From Polyangiales bacterium (GTDB lineage Bacteria > Myxococcota_A > Polyangia > Polyangiales > Polyangiaceae): a stretch of 64,000 nt of DNA. Each line of letters begins with the position of its first letter. Within the stretch, counting starts at the first letter, position 1. The stretch is taken from assembly GCA_038230375.1 (NCBI GenBank), contig JBBRNJ010000012.1, positions 1 through 64,000 of the forward strand. The letters run 5' to 3'. A program made the translations under genes and the position numbers. Of the stretch, positions 49,305 to 58,347 are shown in pieces. A model generated the notes under the pieces. That model was not told the DNA's origin. It ran no database searches and saw only the letters and a list, made by a program, of their open reading frames with translations.

Positions 49305-52300
49305 TTGCCCTTGGGGTTTGCCGTGGCGCTGGGTCCGTCCAGGATCTGCTTCGCGGTCTCTCGCACGTGCGGCTCGGCATCCGTTGCCGCCACGCTCTTC
49401 GCGACCGCTCGCGCTCGCTCGTGATCGCACTCGTCCAGTGCGACCAGCGCTGCCTCACGCACGATCGCGAACGGCTCGTCCTTGATGGCACGCTCCAGGT
49501 GCGCGGCGGCTGCGTCCGTGACAGGGTCCTTTGCGCCGGCCTTGCCCACGCGCCCGAGCGCCTGTGCGGCGAGGAGGCGCATGGACCACGCGTCGTGCTT
49601 CTTCATGATGGATGCAACGGCGTCCACGGTGGCCTGTGAAGGGTGTGCGCCCGTGGCCGACAGCGCGATGCGTGCAACGTTGGGATCTTGATCCGTCAAC
49701 GCCAGCGTCATGGCCTGCGCTGCCTCCTTGGACGGCGAACGCGCCAGGAAGACGATCGCGCGCGTGCGGATCTGTGCATCAGGGTGACGCGCAAGCAGTA
49801 CGACGCCAGGCTCGATCTGTTGCGCAAGCGTGCGGAGCTTTGCGCGTGCCTCGGGCGCCGCCTCGCTCTCGTCCGGGCTCATGATCGGGATGAGGCCGTC
49901 CTCCTTCGCGAGCGCATCCAGTACGACGCGCGCGCGATCACCCGACGTGGCGAGCGCGGCGTTTGCAGCGCGCGTGAGCGGCTCTGCGAACTGCGTGAGC
50001 ACCAGTGCGCGCTCCTTCGCGGGGAGCTCCTTGGGAACGAGCTCCGCGATCACCGCGTCCGCGTCGAGCTGATCCTCCGGCACGGGCAGGAGATCCTTCG
50101 GCTCGTGAGGATCCCGCGTGGCCAGGATGGTGAGGCCGAAGAGCGCCGCGCGTCGCAGCGTGTCGCCCTGCGGACGATTGCGATCAGAGCCGCTCTGCGC
50201 CGCGAACAGCGAGTCCGCGATGACCTGCGGCGTGCTCCGCTCCTCCGCGCGCCCGCCCTTCGCCGACGAGAGTGACATGCGTGCCAGCGCCATTGCCGCT
50301 GCTGCGCGCGGGAGGGGCTCCTGCGACTCCGCGAGCGCCACAAGCGTGGGGGTCTCGCCTTCCGCGTTGAGCTCGGCAAGGGCGTAGGCTGCGGCCGCGC
50401 GCGCGACGGTACCTGCGTCGGAAGAGCGGGCCGTCTGCGCCGCGAGCGGGATGCTTCCCTTGTCGTGTTGCGCGGCCAGACCGAGCAACGCGTACGCGCG
50501 CATCTCCGGCGTCCCGCGCTCCGCGATCTTGCGAAGCAGTGGGATGGCGCGCTTGTCGGGGACCTTCGCGGCGGCCCACGCGGCGCCAACGGCGATGGTG
50601 TCGGTGGCGATGGCATCGAAGCCGAGCTTCTCCTGATCGCGCGGAAAAAGCAGGGTTTCGTAGCGTGCGAGCATGGCCGGGTCACGCAGCGCACCACACG
50701 CGATCATTGCCCGTGCGCGGAGCGGCGTCTCTGCCGGGCCGGTGGCAAACGCGAAGAGCGGCGGCCCCGCGTTCTTGTTCTCCACGTAACCGAGCACGTC
50801 GATCGCGACGCGCTGTTGCGTGCCGTCGCCGTCGGACAGTGCGTCGAGCAACGGCTTCATGGCGCGTGAGCCGATCCGGACGAGCCGCGCGCGAGCCTCC
50901 TGCGCGTCCTTCGAGTTGCTACGGCGCACCTGCGCCACGAGCGCGTACGTGAGATTGCCGTACACCTCCACCAGCACGCGCCGGTAGATGGGCCGTTGCG
51001 GATTGCCGATCGCCAGTGGCAGGAGCTCCTGCTCCAGCGACTCGAGCGTGCCGCGACCCAGGTTGATCTGCATCGAGAGCCGAGCCGCGCGCGCGACCAG
51101 CTCCTCATCCGGCGCACCGCGCAACACACGACGGAAGAGCCGATCTGCGTCGTCCGTCTGGCCCTTCGCCAGGAGCAGATCCGCGAGCTCCAGGTAGACG
51201 ATGAACAAGCGATCGTTCTTGGAGATGGCGGCGCGGAACTCGATGATCGCCTTGTCCACGTCCTGGCGTGAGCGGTACATCTCGCCAAGGTGCTTGTGGC
51301 CCTCCGCGTCGTCGGGGTTCAGCTCCACGCCGCGCGCCGCGTACTTGATGGCGTCGTCGTCGCGATTGAGCTGCAGCGCGTACTGCGCCATGCGCTGGTA
51401 CAGCTCGCGTGCGCGCTTGGGCTCCACGGTGACCAGCTTGTCGAGCAGGGCGATCGCCTCGGCGAGCTTGTTGTCCTGCACGAGCACGCGCTCGAGCGCC
51501 AGGTAGCTCTCGACGTCGCCTGGGGCCTTGTCGATGACCTTGCGGAGCGTGGACGCAGCGTCCGCCAGGTGCCGCAGATGGATGTGCGCCTCCGCGAGCA
51601 TGCGCCCTGCTTCGAGGTCCGGTGGGACCTGGTTGAAACGCGAGTTGAGTGGCGCGATCTGGTCGGCCAGGATGCGCTCCAGCCCCCACAGCGTGACGAT
51701 GCGCGAGCGTGCCTCGCGCGCAAGGATCGCGTCGCTCGCCTTCTGCGCCTTCTCCGACAGCTCTATCCAGATCTGGCGCGACTCCTTGAACTGGTGCTTT
51801 CGCTCCAGCGCGCCGGCGAGCTGCTTCTTGAAGGGCGCGCTGTTGGGATCCAGCTGCACGGCCTCCTTGAATGCGGCCAGAGCGTCGTCCGCCATGTCGT
51901 GCTCGAGGTACACGTCGCCCAGCGCAGAGAGAGCGCGCGCCCGCGGCGTGATCGTGGTCAGAATGCGCCGCCAGGTGGCGATGGCCTGCGCCTTGTCGCC
52001 CTCCTGGAAGTAGTGATCGCCCAGATCCACGAGGTGCGAAGGATCGTTCGAGCTGACCTGCGCCAGGCGCGAGAGCACCTTCAAGCTGCGCTCGGCCTCG
52101 CCGATGCGGCCGTAGAAATCCGCGAGGCGAGACAGGCTCTCCTCGTCGCTCTGTGCGCGTGCCTCGAGCTCCGTGAGAAGGCGGAGTGCCCGCGTGCGAT
52201 CGCCGCGCTGCATGAGCGCATCACACTGCTCGAACACGAACTGCGGGTTGTTCGGCGCGGCGCGGATCAGGCCCTCGTACTCGGCGATGGCGCGATCGAG

Positions 52301-53431
52301 CTCGCCCTGCGACTGCAAGACGCGAATGAGCTTCAGGCGAAGGTCGATGTGGCGCGGGTTCAGCGCGAGCGCCTTCTTGTAGGCAATGAGCGCGTTCGCG
52401 GGGTCGCCGGTCTCCTCGTAGAGGCCGCCCAGGAGCGCAAGCCGCGCGAAGTCGGACGGGTGCTCGTCCTCGATCTGCTTGATGAGCACCGGGAGCTGCT
52501 GGTCGGCGCGGTAGATTTCCGTGATGGTCTCGTAGATCTCGCCGCGGACCGCGGCCTCGCTACCGCTGGCGGAGAGCGCGCGCTTCAACGTGGCGATCGC
52601 CTCCTGATTCTTGTGAGCCTTCGCCTGCGCACGACCCAGATCCTTGAGTGCGGGCGCGAGCGCGCGGTTGTCGCCTGCCGCCGCGGTGACGAGATCCTTG
52701 AACTCGACCTCGGCCTTCTCGTACTCGCCGCGCGAGAAGAGCTCGCGACCCAGCTCGCCGCGCACGAACAAAGATGTAGACTGCATCTTCACGAGCTGCG
52801 TGTGATAGCCCTTGGCGCCGCCGAAATCCTTCGCGTCCAGCGCGATGGTCATGAGCGTGCGAAGGGTCTGCTCCTTGTCCGCAGCGACCGTCTGCAGCGC
52901 GAGCGCTTGCTCGTAGCGTGTGCGCGCGGGCGCCACGTCGCCGCGATCCTGGAGCAGGTGGGCGAGCGCGAGCACCGCCGCAGCGTCGTTGGCCTTCTGC
53001 GCGATCGCCTTCTCGAGGGTCTTGATCGCGTCGTCCGCGCGGCCGTCGAGCTTGTAGACGCCGGCAAGGGTGACCGTGGACGCGTACTGATCGGCGCCGG
53101 CCACCGCGGCGCGTGCCTCGAAGTCGGCCACGAGCTTCACGATGTTGCCGTCACGCTCGCGATAGAGCTGGGCAAGACGCTGGAGCGGGAACGGCGAGCC
53201 CGGCTGCGTGAGAACGATGCGCGTGTAGCGGTCGATGAGCGCCTGCTGCGTCGCGCCGGGCGAGACGGGCGGTGCCGGAGGCCTGCCACCCGCGGGCGGG
53301 CGACCACCCGCGGGAGGCCGTCCACCAGACGGCGGCTTCTTCCGACCGCGCGGGTCGAAGTCCTGGGCGTGGGCCACGCTGCCCGTGACGAGCACGAGGA
53401 GTAGGGCAAGCAGCGGGGTTCGCCTTCGCAT
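49301..53431 (-). CDS. Large exported TPR + HEAT-repeat protein
   Basis: Signal peptide (AHA-Q), PPxGGR repeats, many TPR-like helices, then HEAT-like repeats. Confidence 0.85.
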   Translation of the reverse strand: MRRRTPLLALLLVLVTGSVAHAQDFDPRGRKKPPSGGRPPAGGRPPAGGRPPAPPVSPGATQQALIDRYTRIVLTQPGSPFPLQRLAQLYRERDGNIVKLVADFEARAAVAGADQYASTVTLAGVYKLDGRADDAIKTLEKAIAQKANDAAAVLALAHLLQDRGDVAPARTRYEQALALQTVAADKEQTLRTLMTIALDAKDFGGAKGYHTQLVKMQSTSLFVRGELGRELFSRGEYEKAEVEFKDLVTAAAGDNRALAPALKDLGRAQAKAHKNQEAIATLKRALSASGSEAAVRGEIYETITEIYRADQQLPVLIKQIEDEHPSDFARLALLGGLYEETGDPANALIAYKKALALNPRHIDLRLKLIRVLQSQGELDRAIAEYEGLIRAAPNNPQFVFEQCDALMQRGDRTRALRLLTELEARAQSDEESLSRLADFYGRIGEAERSLKVLSRLAQVSSNDPSHLVDLGDHYFQEGDKAQAIATWRRILTTITPRARALSALGDVYLEHDMADDALAAFKEAVQLDPNSAPFKKQLAGALERKHQFKESRQIWIELSEKAQKASDAILAREARSRIVTLWGLERILADQIAPLNSRFNQVPPDLEAGRMLAEAHIHLRHLADAASTLRKVIDKAPGDVESYLALERVLVQDNKLAEAIALLDKLVTVEPKRARELYQRMAQYALQLNRDDDAIKYAARGVELNPDDAEGHKHLGEMYRSRQDVDKAIIEFRAAISKNDRLFIVYLELADLLLAKGQTDDADRLFRRVLRGAPDEELVARAARLSMQINLGRGTLESLEQELLPLAIGNPQRPIYRRVLVEVYGNLTYALVAQVRRSNSKDAQEARARLVRIGSRAMKPLLDALSDGDGTQQRVAIDVLGYVENKNAGPPLFAFATGPAETPLRARAMIACGALRDPAMLARYETLLFPRDQEKLGFDAIATDTIAVGAAWAAAKVPDKRAIPLLRKIAERGTPEMRAYALLGLAAQHDKGSIPLAAQTARSSDAGTVARAAAAYALAELNAEGETPTLVALAESQEPLPRAAAAMALARMSLSSAKGGRAEERSTPQVIADSLFAAQSGSDRNRPQGDTLRRAALFGLTILATRDPHEPKDLLPVPEDQLDADAVIAELVPKELPAKERALVLTQFAEPLTRAANAALATSGDRARVVLDALAKEDGLIPIMSPDESEAAPEARAKLRTLAQQIEPGVVLLARHPDAQIRTRAIVFLARSPSKEAAQAMTLALTDQDPNVARIALSATGAHPSQATVDAVASIMKKHDAWSMRLLAAQALGRVGKAGAKDPVTDAAAAHLERAIKDEPFAIVREAALVALDECDHERARAVAKSVAATDAEPHVRETAKQILDGPSATANPKGK

Positions 53432-53445
53432 CGGTTCCAGAGTAG

Positions 53446-55500
53446 ATGGTATCGCGTTTGAAACCTTGGACGAAGCTCCTCCTCAGGCGCGCCTTTCTCG
53501 CCCTCTTTCTCGCCCACCTGCCTGCATGTTCACGGTCCTGCGACGGCTCCGCGGTGAATGAAGCGGATGCGGGAAGCGCAGATGCGTCCTCCGCGTTGTC
53601 GGCCAGCCACCCCGGAGACGATGGGAGCGCGGCCGTGGATGTCGTGGCGGCGGCCTCGCCGAGCCTTTACGAGGCGCCCGCGAAGGACGTGCTCACGGGG
53701 GGGACCGTCGACGGTGCGGCGCTGCGGGAGAAGAACCGCGCGCGGCTCTCGAAGGACCATTCGGCTGTTGCGCTCATTCGCGGCGACGATGTGCGCGCGC
53801 TCGGTGTGCGCATCTGCGAGGCCAAGGTCCCTCAGCGGCCGAAGGACACCAGGATCCTCATCAAGCCGAACATGGGCGGCTTCGAGTGGTTTCGCGATCC
53901 GGCGAAGAACGGCGGTGACGACGGTCTCGCCGGTCGCATCACGCAGCCGGAGTTCGTGCGCGGGATCGTGCAGTGCCTGAAGGCGCGCGGCCACACCAGG
54001 ATCACGATCGCTGAAGGGTGGGGCGCCACGCACAAGGACTGGGAGCACCTCATTCGCGCCTCCGGCTACGAGGCGATGGCGAAGGAAGAGGGCGTGCCGC
54101 TCGTCGCGATGGACGACGACGGCGTGTTCGACGTGGAAGGAGACAAGCCGGGAAAGCCGCTCGCCGTCACGGGCATGGAGAAGACACACATGCCAAAGGT
54201 GCTGCTCCCCAAGCTCCTTGCCGAGCACCTGGACGGCGGTCTCTTCATCTCGGCGCCCAAGCTGAAGGTTCATCGCTTCGGCGTGGTCTCGATCGGCATC
54301 AAGGGAATGCAGGGCGTGGTCATGACGAGCGACGCATCGCCCGCCTTCCACCAGAAGTGGCGCTCGCACCGCGAGCTGTCCGCGGCGCTCGAGGCAGGCA
54401 AGCGCGGCGACGCGGACGCGCGGCAGAAGTACGTCGCGTCGCTGGAGGTGTTCGCGGAGCGCATGACGGACATGCTGGAGCTCGCCGCGCCGGACGTGGT
54501 GCTCGCGGAGGGCGCTCCTGCGATGGGAGGCGACGGCTTCGGCAAGCGCTTCCCGGTGGCGGAGCACGTCGCGCTCGGCGGCACGAACACGATCCTGGTC
54601 GATCGCATCGGAGCTCAATTTCTCGGCCTGTGGGACAACGCGGCGCTCGGTCGTGAGCTCCTCGGACATCGCACCTCGCCGCTCATCGAGATCGCCGCAA
54701 AGCGGTTCGGCGTGGACATCGCTGCGCCCGCGGTCGAGGGTGATGGCGCGCCGCTCCTCGCGAAGCGACGCCCTGCGCGCCTGCTCGGCATGGCCGGCTT
54801 CGAGATCCGGGACGACGTCACCACGGGCGAGAACGCCGATCCGAGCGACGCGGGTGTCGCGCTTCCAGAGATCGTCGCAGCGCGCGCGAGCACACCCCTC
54901 GTCATCGACGGCGATGCAAACGAGGACGCGTGGCGCGCCGCGGTACCGGTCACCTTCGATACGAACACGCGCGGCGAGCACACGGGCACCACCACCACGG
55001 TTCGCGCGCTCTGGTCAAAGGCGTCGCTCACCTTCGCGATCGACATGGACGGCGCAGGCTTCAATGTCGACGAGTCGCGCGCGAAGGACACGGAGCGGGA
55101 GCGCCTCTACGAGGAGGACTGCGCGGAGATCTTCCTTGGTCCCGATCCTGGGCGTCGCACGCACTACTTCGAGATGGAGGTCGGGCCGCTAGGGCACTTC
55201 TTCGACATCGAGATCGATCGCGCGGCAAAGAGCGCGAGCAAGAAGAGCGACATCACGTGGTCGGGCAAGCTCGAGATCGGCGCGCGTCCCGAGCGCGCGT
55301 CGCGTCGCGCCCACCTGGAGATCGCGATCCGTGCGCCCGAGGTCACTGCGGTGCTCGCCCCGAACGCGCGCCTTGCGCTGGGCCTCTTCCGGATGGAGGG
55401 CAAACCCCCGCGTGCCTACCTGGCATGGAGTCCTGCACACACGGAACGGCCGAATTTCCACGTTCCTGAAGCATTCGGCACGTTGCGCCTCTCGCCCTGA
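53446..55500 (+). CDS. DUF362 domain protein fused to a CBM9/DOMON-like domain (probable lipoprotein)
   Basis: LPAC lipobox; ILIKPN, IAEG, PKLKVH...IKGMQG; C-terminal VIDG...W...EEDCAEIF...WSP...FHVPEAFG. Confidence 0.75.
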   Translation: MVSRLKPWTKLLLRRAFLALFLAHLPACSRSCDGSAVNEADAGSADASSALSASHPGDDGSAAVDVVAAASPSLYEAPAKDVLTGGTVDGAALREKNRARLSKDHSAVALIRGDDVRALGVRICEAKVPQRPKDTRILIKPNMGGFEWFRDPAKNGGDDGLAGRITQPEFVRGIVQCLKARGHTRITIAEGWGATHKDWEHLIRASGYEAMAKEEGVPLVAMDDDGVFDVEGDKPGKPLAVTGMEKTHMPKVLLPKLLAEHLDGGLFISAPKLKVHRFGVVSIGIKGMQGVVMTSDASPAFHQKWRSHRELSAALEAGKRGDADARQKYVASLEVFAERMTDMLELAAPDVVLAEGAPAMGGDGFGKRFPVAEHVALGGTNTILVDRIGAQFLGLWDNAALGRELLGHRTSPLIEIAAKRFGVDIAAPAVEGDGAPLLAKRRPARLLGMAGFEIRDDVTTGENADPSDAGVALPEIVAARASTPLVIDGDANEDAWRAAVPVTFDTNTRGEHTGTTTTVRALWSKASLTFAIDMDGAGFNVDESRAKDTERERLYEEDCAEIFLGPDPGRRTHYFEMEVGPLGHFFDIEIDRAAKSASKKSDITWSGKLEIGARPERASRRAHLEIAIRAPEVTAVLAPNARLALGLFRMEGKPPRAYLAWSPAHTERPNFHVPEAFGTLRLSP

Positions 55501-55519
55501 CTCGTTACCGTTGCAGGCG

Positions 55520-57196
55520 ATGTCATTCATCCAGGCGCCCCCCGCCCTCGAGAACCAGTTCGACGACGACCGCGTGCTCAAGGCCTACCTGGCGCGGCGA
55601 CTCCCCGGCGATGCGAGGGCGAGGATCGAAGGTGAGCTACGCGAGATGGGCGCGCTCGCGGTCGGCGAGCTGCTCACCTCGCTCCACGAGGGCCGCCTCA
55701 CGGAGCCCGAGCTCACGCAGTGGGACGCGTGGGGTAACCGGGTCGACCACATCGAGCTCAACGCGCACTGGAAGAAGGCGCGCGTGATCGCCGCGGAGAA
55801 GGGCGTGGTCGCCACGGGCTACGAGAACAAGACGGGCGAGCTGTCGCGCGTTCACCAGTTCGCGTTGGCCTATCTCTTCGAGCCGTCTTCCGGTGTGTAC
55901 TCGTGCCCGCTCGCCATGACGGACGGCGCGGCGAAGACCCTGCTCATGTCCGGCAACAGGACGCTCATCGACCGCGCACTGCCAAAGCTCACGCACCGCA
56001 AGATCGCCGAGTCGTGGACGTCGGGTCAGTGGATGACGGAGCGGACGGGCGGCTCGGATGTCGCCATCAGCGAGACCATCGCAAAGAAGGACGGGGACAA
56101 CTACCGCCTCCACGGCACCAAGTGGTTCACCTCGGCGACCACCAGCGAGATGGCGCTCACGCTCGGGCGGCCGGAGGGCAATCCTCCCGGCGGCGGCGGG
56201 CTTGCGCTCTTCTACGTGGAGACGCGCGACGCGAACAATCGCCTCAACGGAATCCAGATCAACCGCCTGAAGGACAAGCTCGGCACGCGCATGGTGCCCA
56301 CCGCGGAGCTCACGCTCGACGGGGCGCTCGCGATCCCGGTGAGCGGGACCAAGGATGGCATCAAGAACATCACGCCCATGCTCGCGATCACACGCACGTG
56401 GAACGCGGTCTGCGCGGCTTCGGCCATGCGTCGCGCGGTCGCGCTCGCGAAGGACTACGCGAAGAAGCGCGTTGCATTCGGGGCCAAGCTCTCCGAGAAG
56501 CCGCTGCACGTGGACACGCTCGCTGGCCTCGAGGCGGAGTATCAGGGCGCTTTCTTGCTCTCGTTCCGCGCGGTGGAGCTCCTGGGGCGCGAAGAAGCAA
56601 AGACCATCACAGAGGCGGAGTCGGCGCTCGCACGACTCCTGGTTCCGCTCGCAAAGCTGACCACCGGCAAGCAAGCCGTGCATGTTGCAAGCGAGACGCT
56701 CGAGGCGTTCGGCGGTGCTGGCTATGTCGAAGACACGGGCCTGCCGCGCCTCCTACGCGATGCACAGGTGCTCCCTATCTGGGAGGGCACGACGAACGTC
56801 CTCTCGCTCGACGTGCTGCGCGCACTCTCGCGCGACAAGACGGGTGAGCCGCTGGGCCCCATCGCGCGCGAGGTACACAGGCTCACGGAGCGCGCGCCCG
56901 ACTCAGGCACGAAGGAAGCCGCGGACATCGCACGGAGCGCCGTGGCGCACGCCAGCGCGTGGCTCGCGGAGACCTTCGCGAAGGGCATTCCGGAGGTGGA
57001 GCGAGGCGCGCGTCGCTTCGCGCTGACGCTGGGCCGCACCCTGGAGTTGGCGTTGCTCATCGACGAGGCTGCCTGGCAGAAGGAGAACGGACATCCGCCC
57101 GTTGCTGCTGCGGCTGCGCGCCGCCTCGCGAAGAACGGCATCGATCTGCTCACGCAGGAGCCGTCGAGCGACGACTCCGCGCTGCTGGTCCAGTGA
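55520..57196 (+). CDS. Acyl-CoA dehydrogenase, AidB-like
   Basis: SCPLAMTDGAA, SGQWMTERTGGSDV, GTKWFTSA, RLKDKLGT, FGGAGYVE, IWEGTTN. Confidence 0.92.
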   Translation: MSFIQAPPALENQFDDDRVLKAYLARRLPGDARARIEGELREMGALAVGELLTSLHEGRLTEPELTQWDAWGNRVDHIELNAHWKKARVIAAEKGVVATGYENKTGELSRVHQFALAYLFEPSSGVYSCPLAMTDGAAKTLLMSGNRTLIDRALPKLTHRKIAESWTSGQWMTERTGGSDVAISETIAKKDGDNYRLHGTKWFTSATTSEMALTLGRPEGNPPGGGGLALFYVETRDANNRLNGIQINRLKDKLGTRMVPTAELTLDGALAIPVSGTKDGIKNITPMLAITRTWNAVCAASAMRRAVALAKDYAKKRVAFGAKLSEKPLHVDTLAGLEAEYQGAFLLSFRAVELLGREEAKTITEAESALARLLVPLAKLTTGKQAVHVASETLEAFGGAGYVEDTGLPRLLRDAQVLPIWEGTTNVLSLDVLRALSRDKTGEPLGPIAREVHRLTERAPDSGTKEAADIARSAVAHASAWLAETFAKGIPEVERGARRFALTLGRTLELALLIDEAAWQKENGHPPVAAAAARRLAKNGIDLLTQEPSSDDSALLVQ

Positions 57197-57205
57197 CGGA
57201 GGGAC

Positions 57206-58345
57206 TCAGCCCAGATCGAGCTCTGCGGTCAGGCCGTCGAGCAAGCGGCTCGCGACGTCGCGCGTGGGATGGCCGATCGCCGCGTCGTGATCGCTCGGCT
57301 TGCGTCGCGCGATCTCGTCGCGGAGCGTGGCCAGCGTAGCGTGCCGTGCCGCGCGCACACGCGCAACGTCGTCCGCGTCCAGCCGCGACTCGGCCCACTC
57401 CGCAAGGGCCCACGACAGCGCGGCGTGCGCCGCCTCGTCGGCTGCGATCCTGCCAAGCGTCTCGCGCATCGTGGGGTCGGCGGCGTGGACCGCCTGATAG
57501 GCGAGCAGCGCAGCGCCGAACGTCTCGCGCACGCAACCCTCGCTCGCGTTCTCCGACGCCATGTCAACGAGCGAGCGCGCGGGCTGGGGCCCGAGGCGGG
57601 CCCGCGCAACAACGGCGCCGTGACGACGCGCGAGCGCGCCGAATACCCGGGCGTGACGACGCTCGTCCGTGGTGGCCTTTCGCGCGGCCCTTCGCAAGCT
57701 CTTGGGTGCTCCGTGGAGCGTCAGCTCTACCTCCATTCGCGCGAACGCGAGCACGGCGGCGCGCTCCTCGAACGCCATCGCAGAGAAGTAACGCCCGCTC
57801 GCAGTGGACGGACGGGCCGCACGTGGGGAGCACAAACCCGCGGGCCGTCGGCCGCCACCGCCGATGCAGTCCATGCACTGGACGTTGACGTTCGCGTCCG
57901 GCACGTAGACATCCGCGCCGCAGCTGTCCGCCACGATCCAGCACCCGAGCTGCTGGGGCTGCGCGTCGATCTCGGTGACGCTGAGCACCTGACAGCCGCT
58001 GGTCCGGAGCACGCCCATGATGCCGCACGAGAGCTCGTAGCTGCAGTACGGGTCCGCGTAGGCGTCCTGGTCGGCGTCGTACCCGGAGTCGTGCACGGTC
58101 ACCGCGGAGGTGCAGTTCGCGTCGATGCCGGGCACGGCATCCTTGATCGCGCCGGCGTCCGCGGCGGCCTCGCTCGAAGGCATCACGTCCGTGGCGTGGT
58201 CCATCGTGGCGTCGGTCCCGCCGTCTGCGCCGCTGCCGCCGCTGTCCGTTCCGCACGCCTCCGCCACCGCGAGCGGCGCAAGCGTGGCGAGCAGCGCGCC
58301 GATCAGTCGCTTGAGCCGCCGCTCCTCTTTCGCCACGCTCCGCAT
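57206..58345 (-). CDS. Lipoprotein with C-terminal ferritin-like (di-iron) domain
   Basis: AEAC lipobox, Cys-rich region, GRRPAGL, EERAAVLAF, DERRHA, ENASEGCVRET, DEAAHA. Confidence 0.8.
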   Translation of the reverse strand: MRSVAKEERRLKRLIGALLATLAPLAVAEACGTDSGGSGADGGTDATMDHATDVMPSSEAAADAGAIKDAVPGIDANCTSAVTVHDSGYDADQDAYADPYCSYELSCGIMGVLRTSGCQVLSVTEIDAQPQQLGCWIVADSCGADVYVPDANVNVQCMDCIGGGGRRPAGLCSPRAARPSTASGRYFSAMAFEERAAVLAFARMEVELTLHGAPKSLRRAARKATTDERRHARVFGALARRHGAVVARARLGPQPARSLVDMASENASEGCVRETFGAALLAYQAVHAADPTMRETLGRIAADEAAHAALSWALAEWAESRLDADDVARVRAARHATLATLRDEIARRKPSDHDAAIGHPTRDVASRLLDGLTAELDLG

Positions 58346-58347
58346 CC

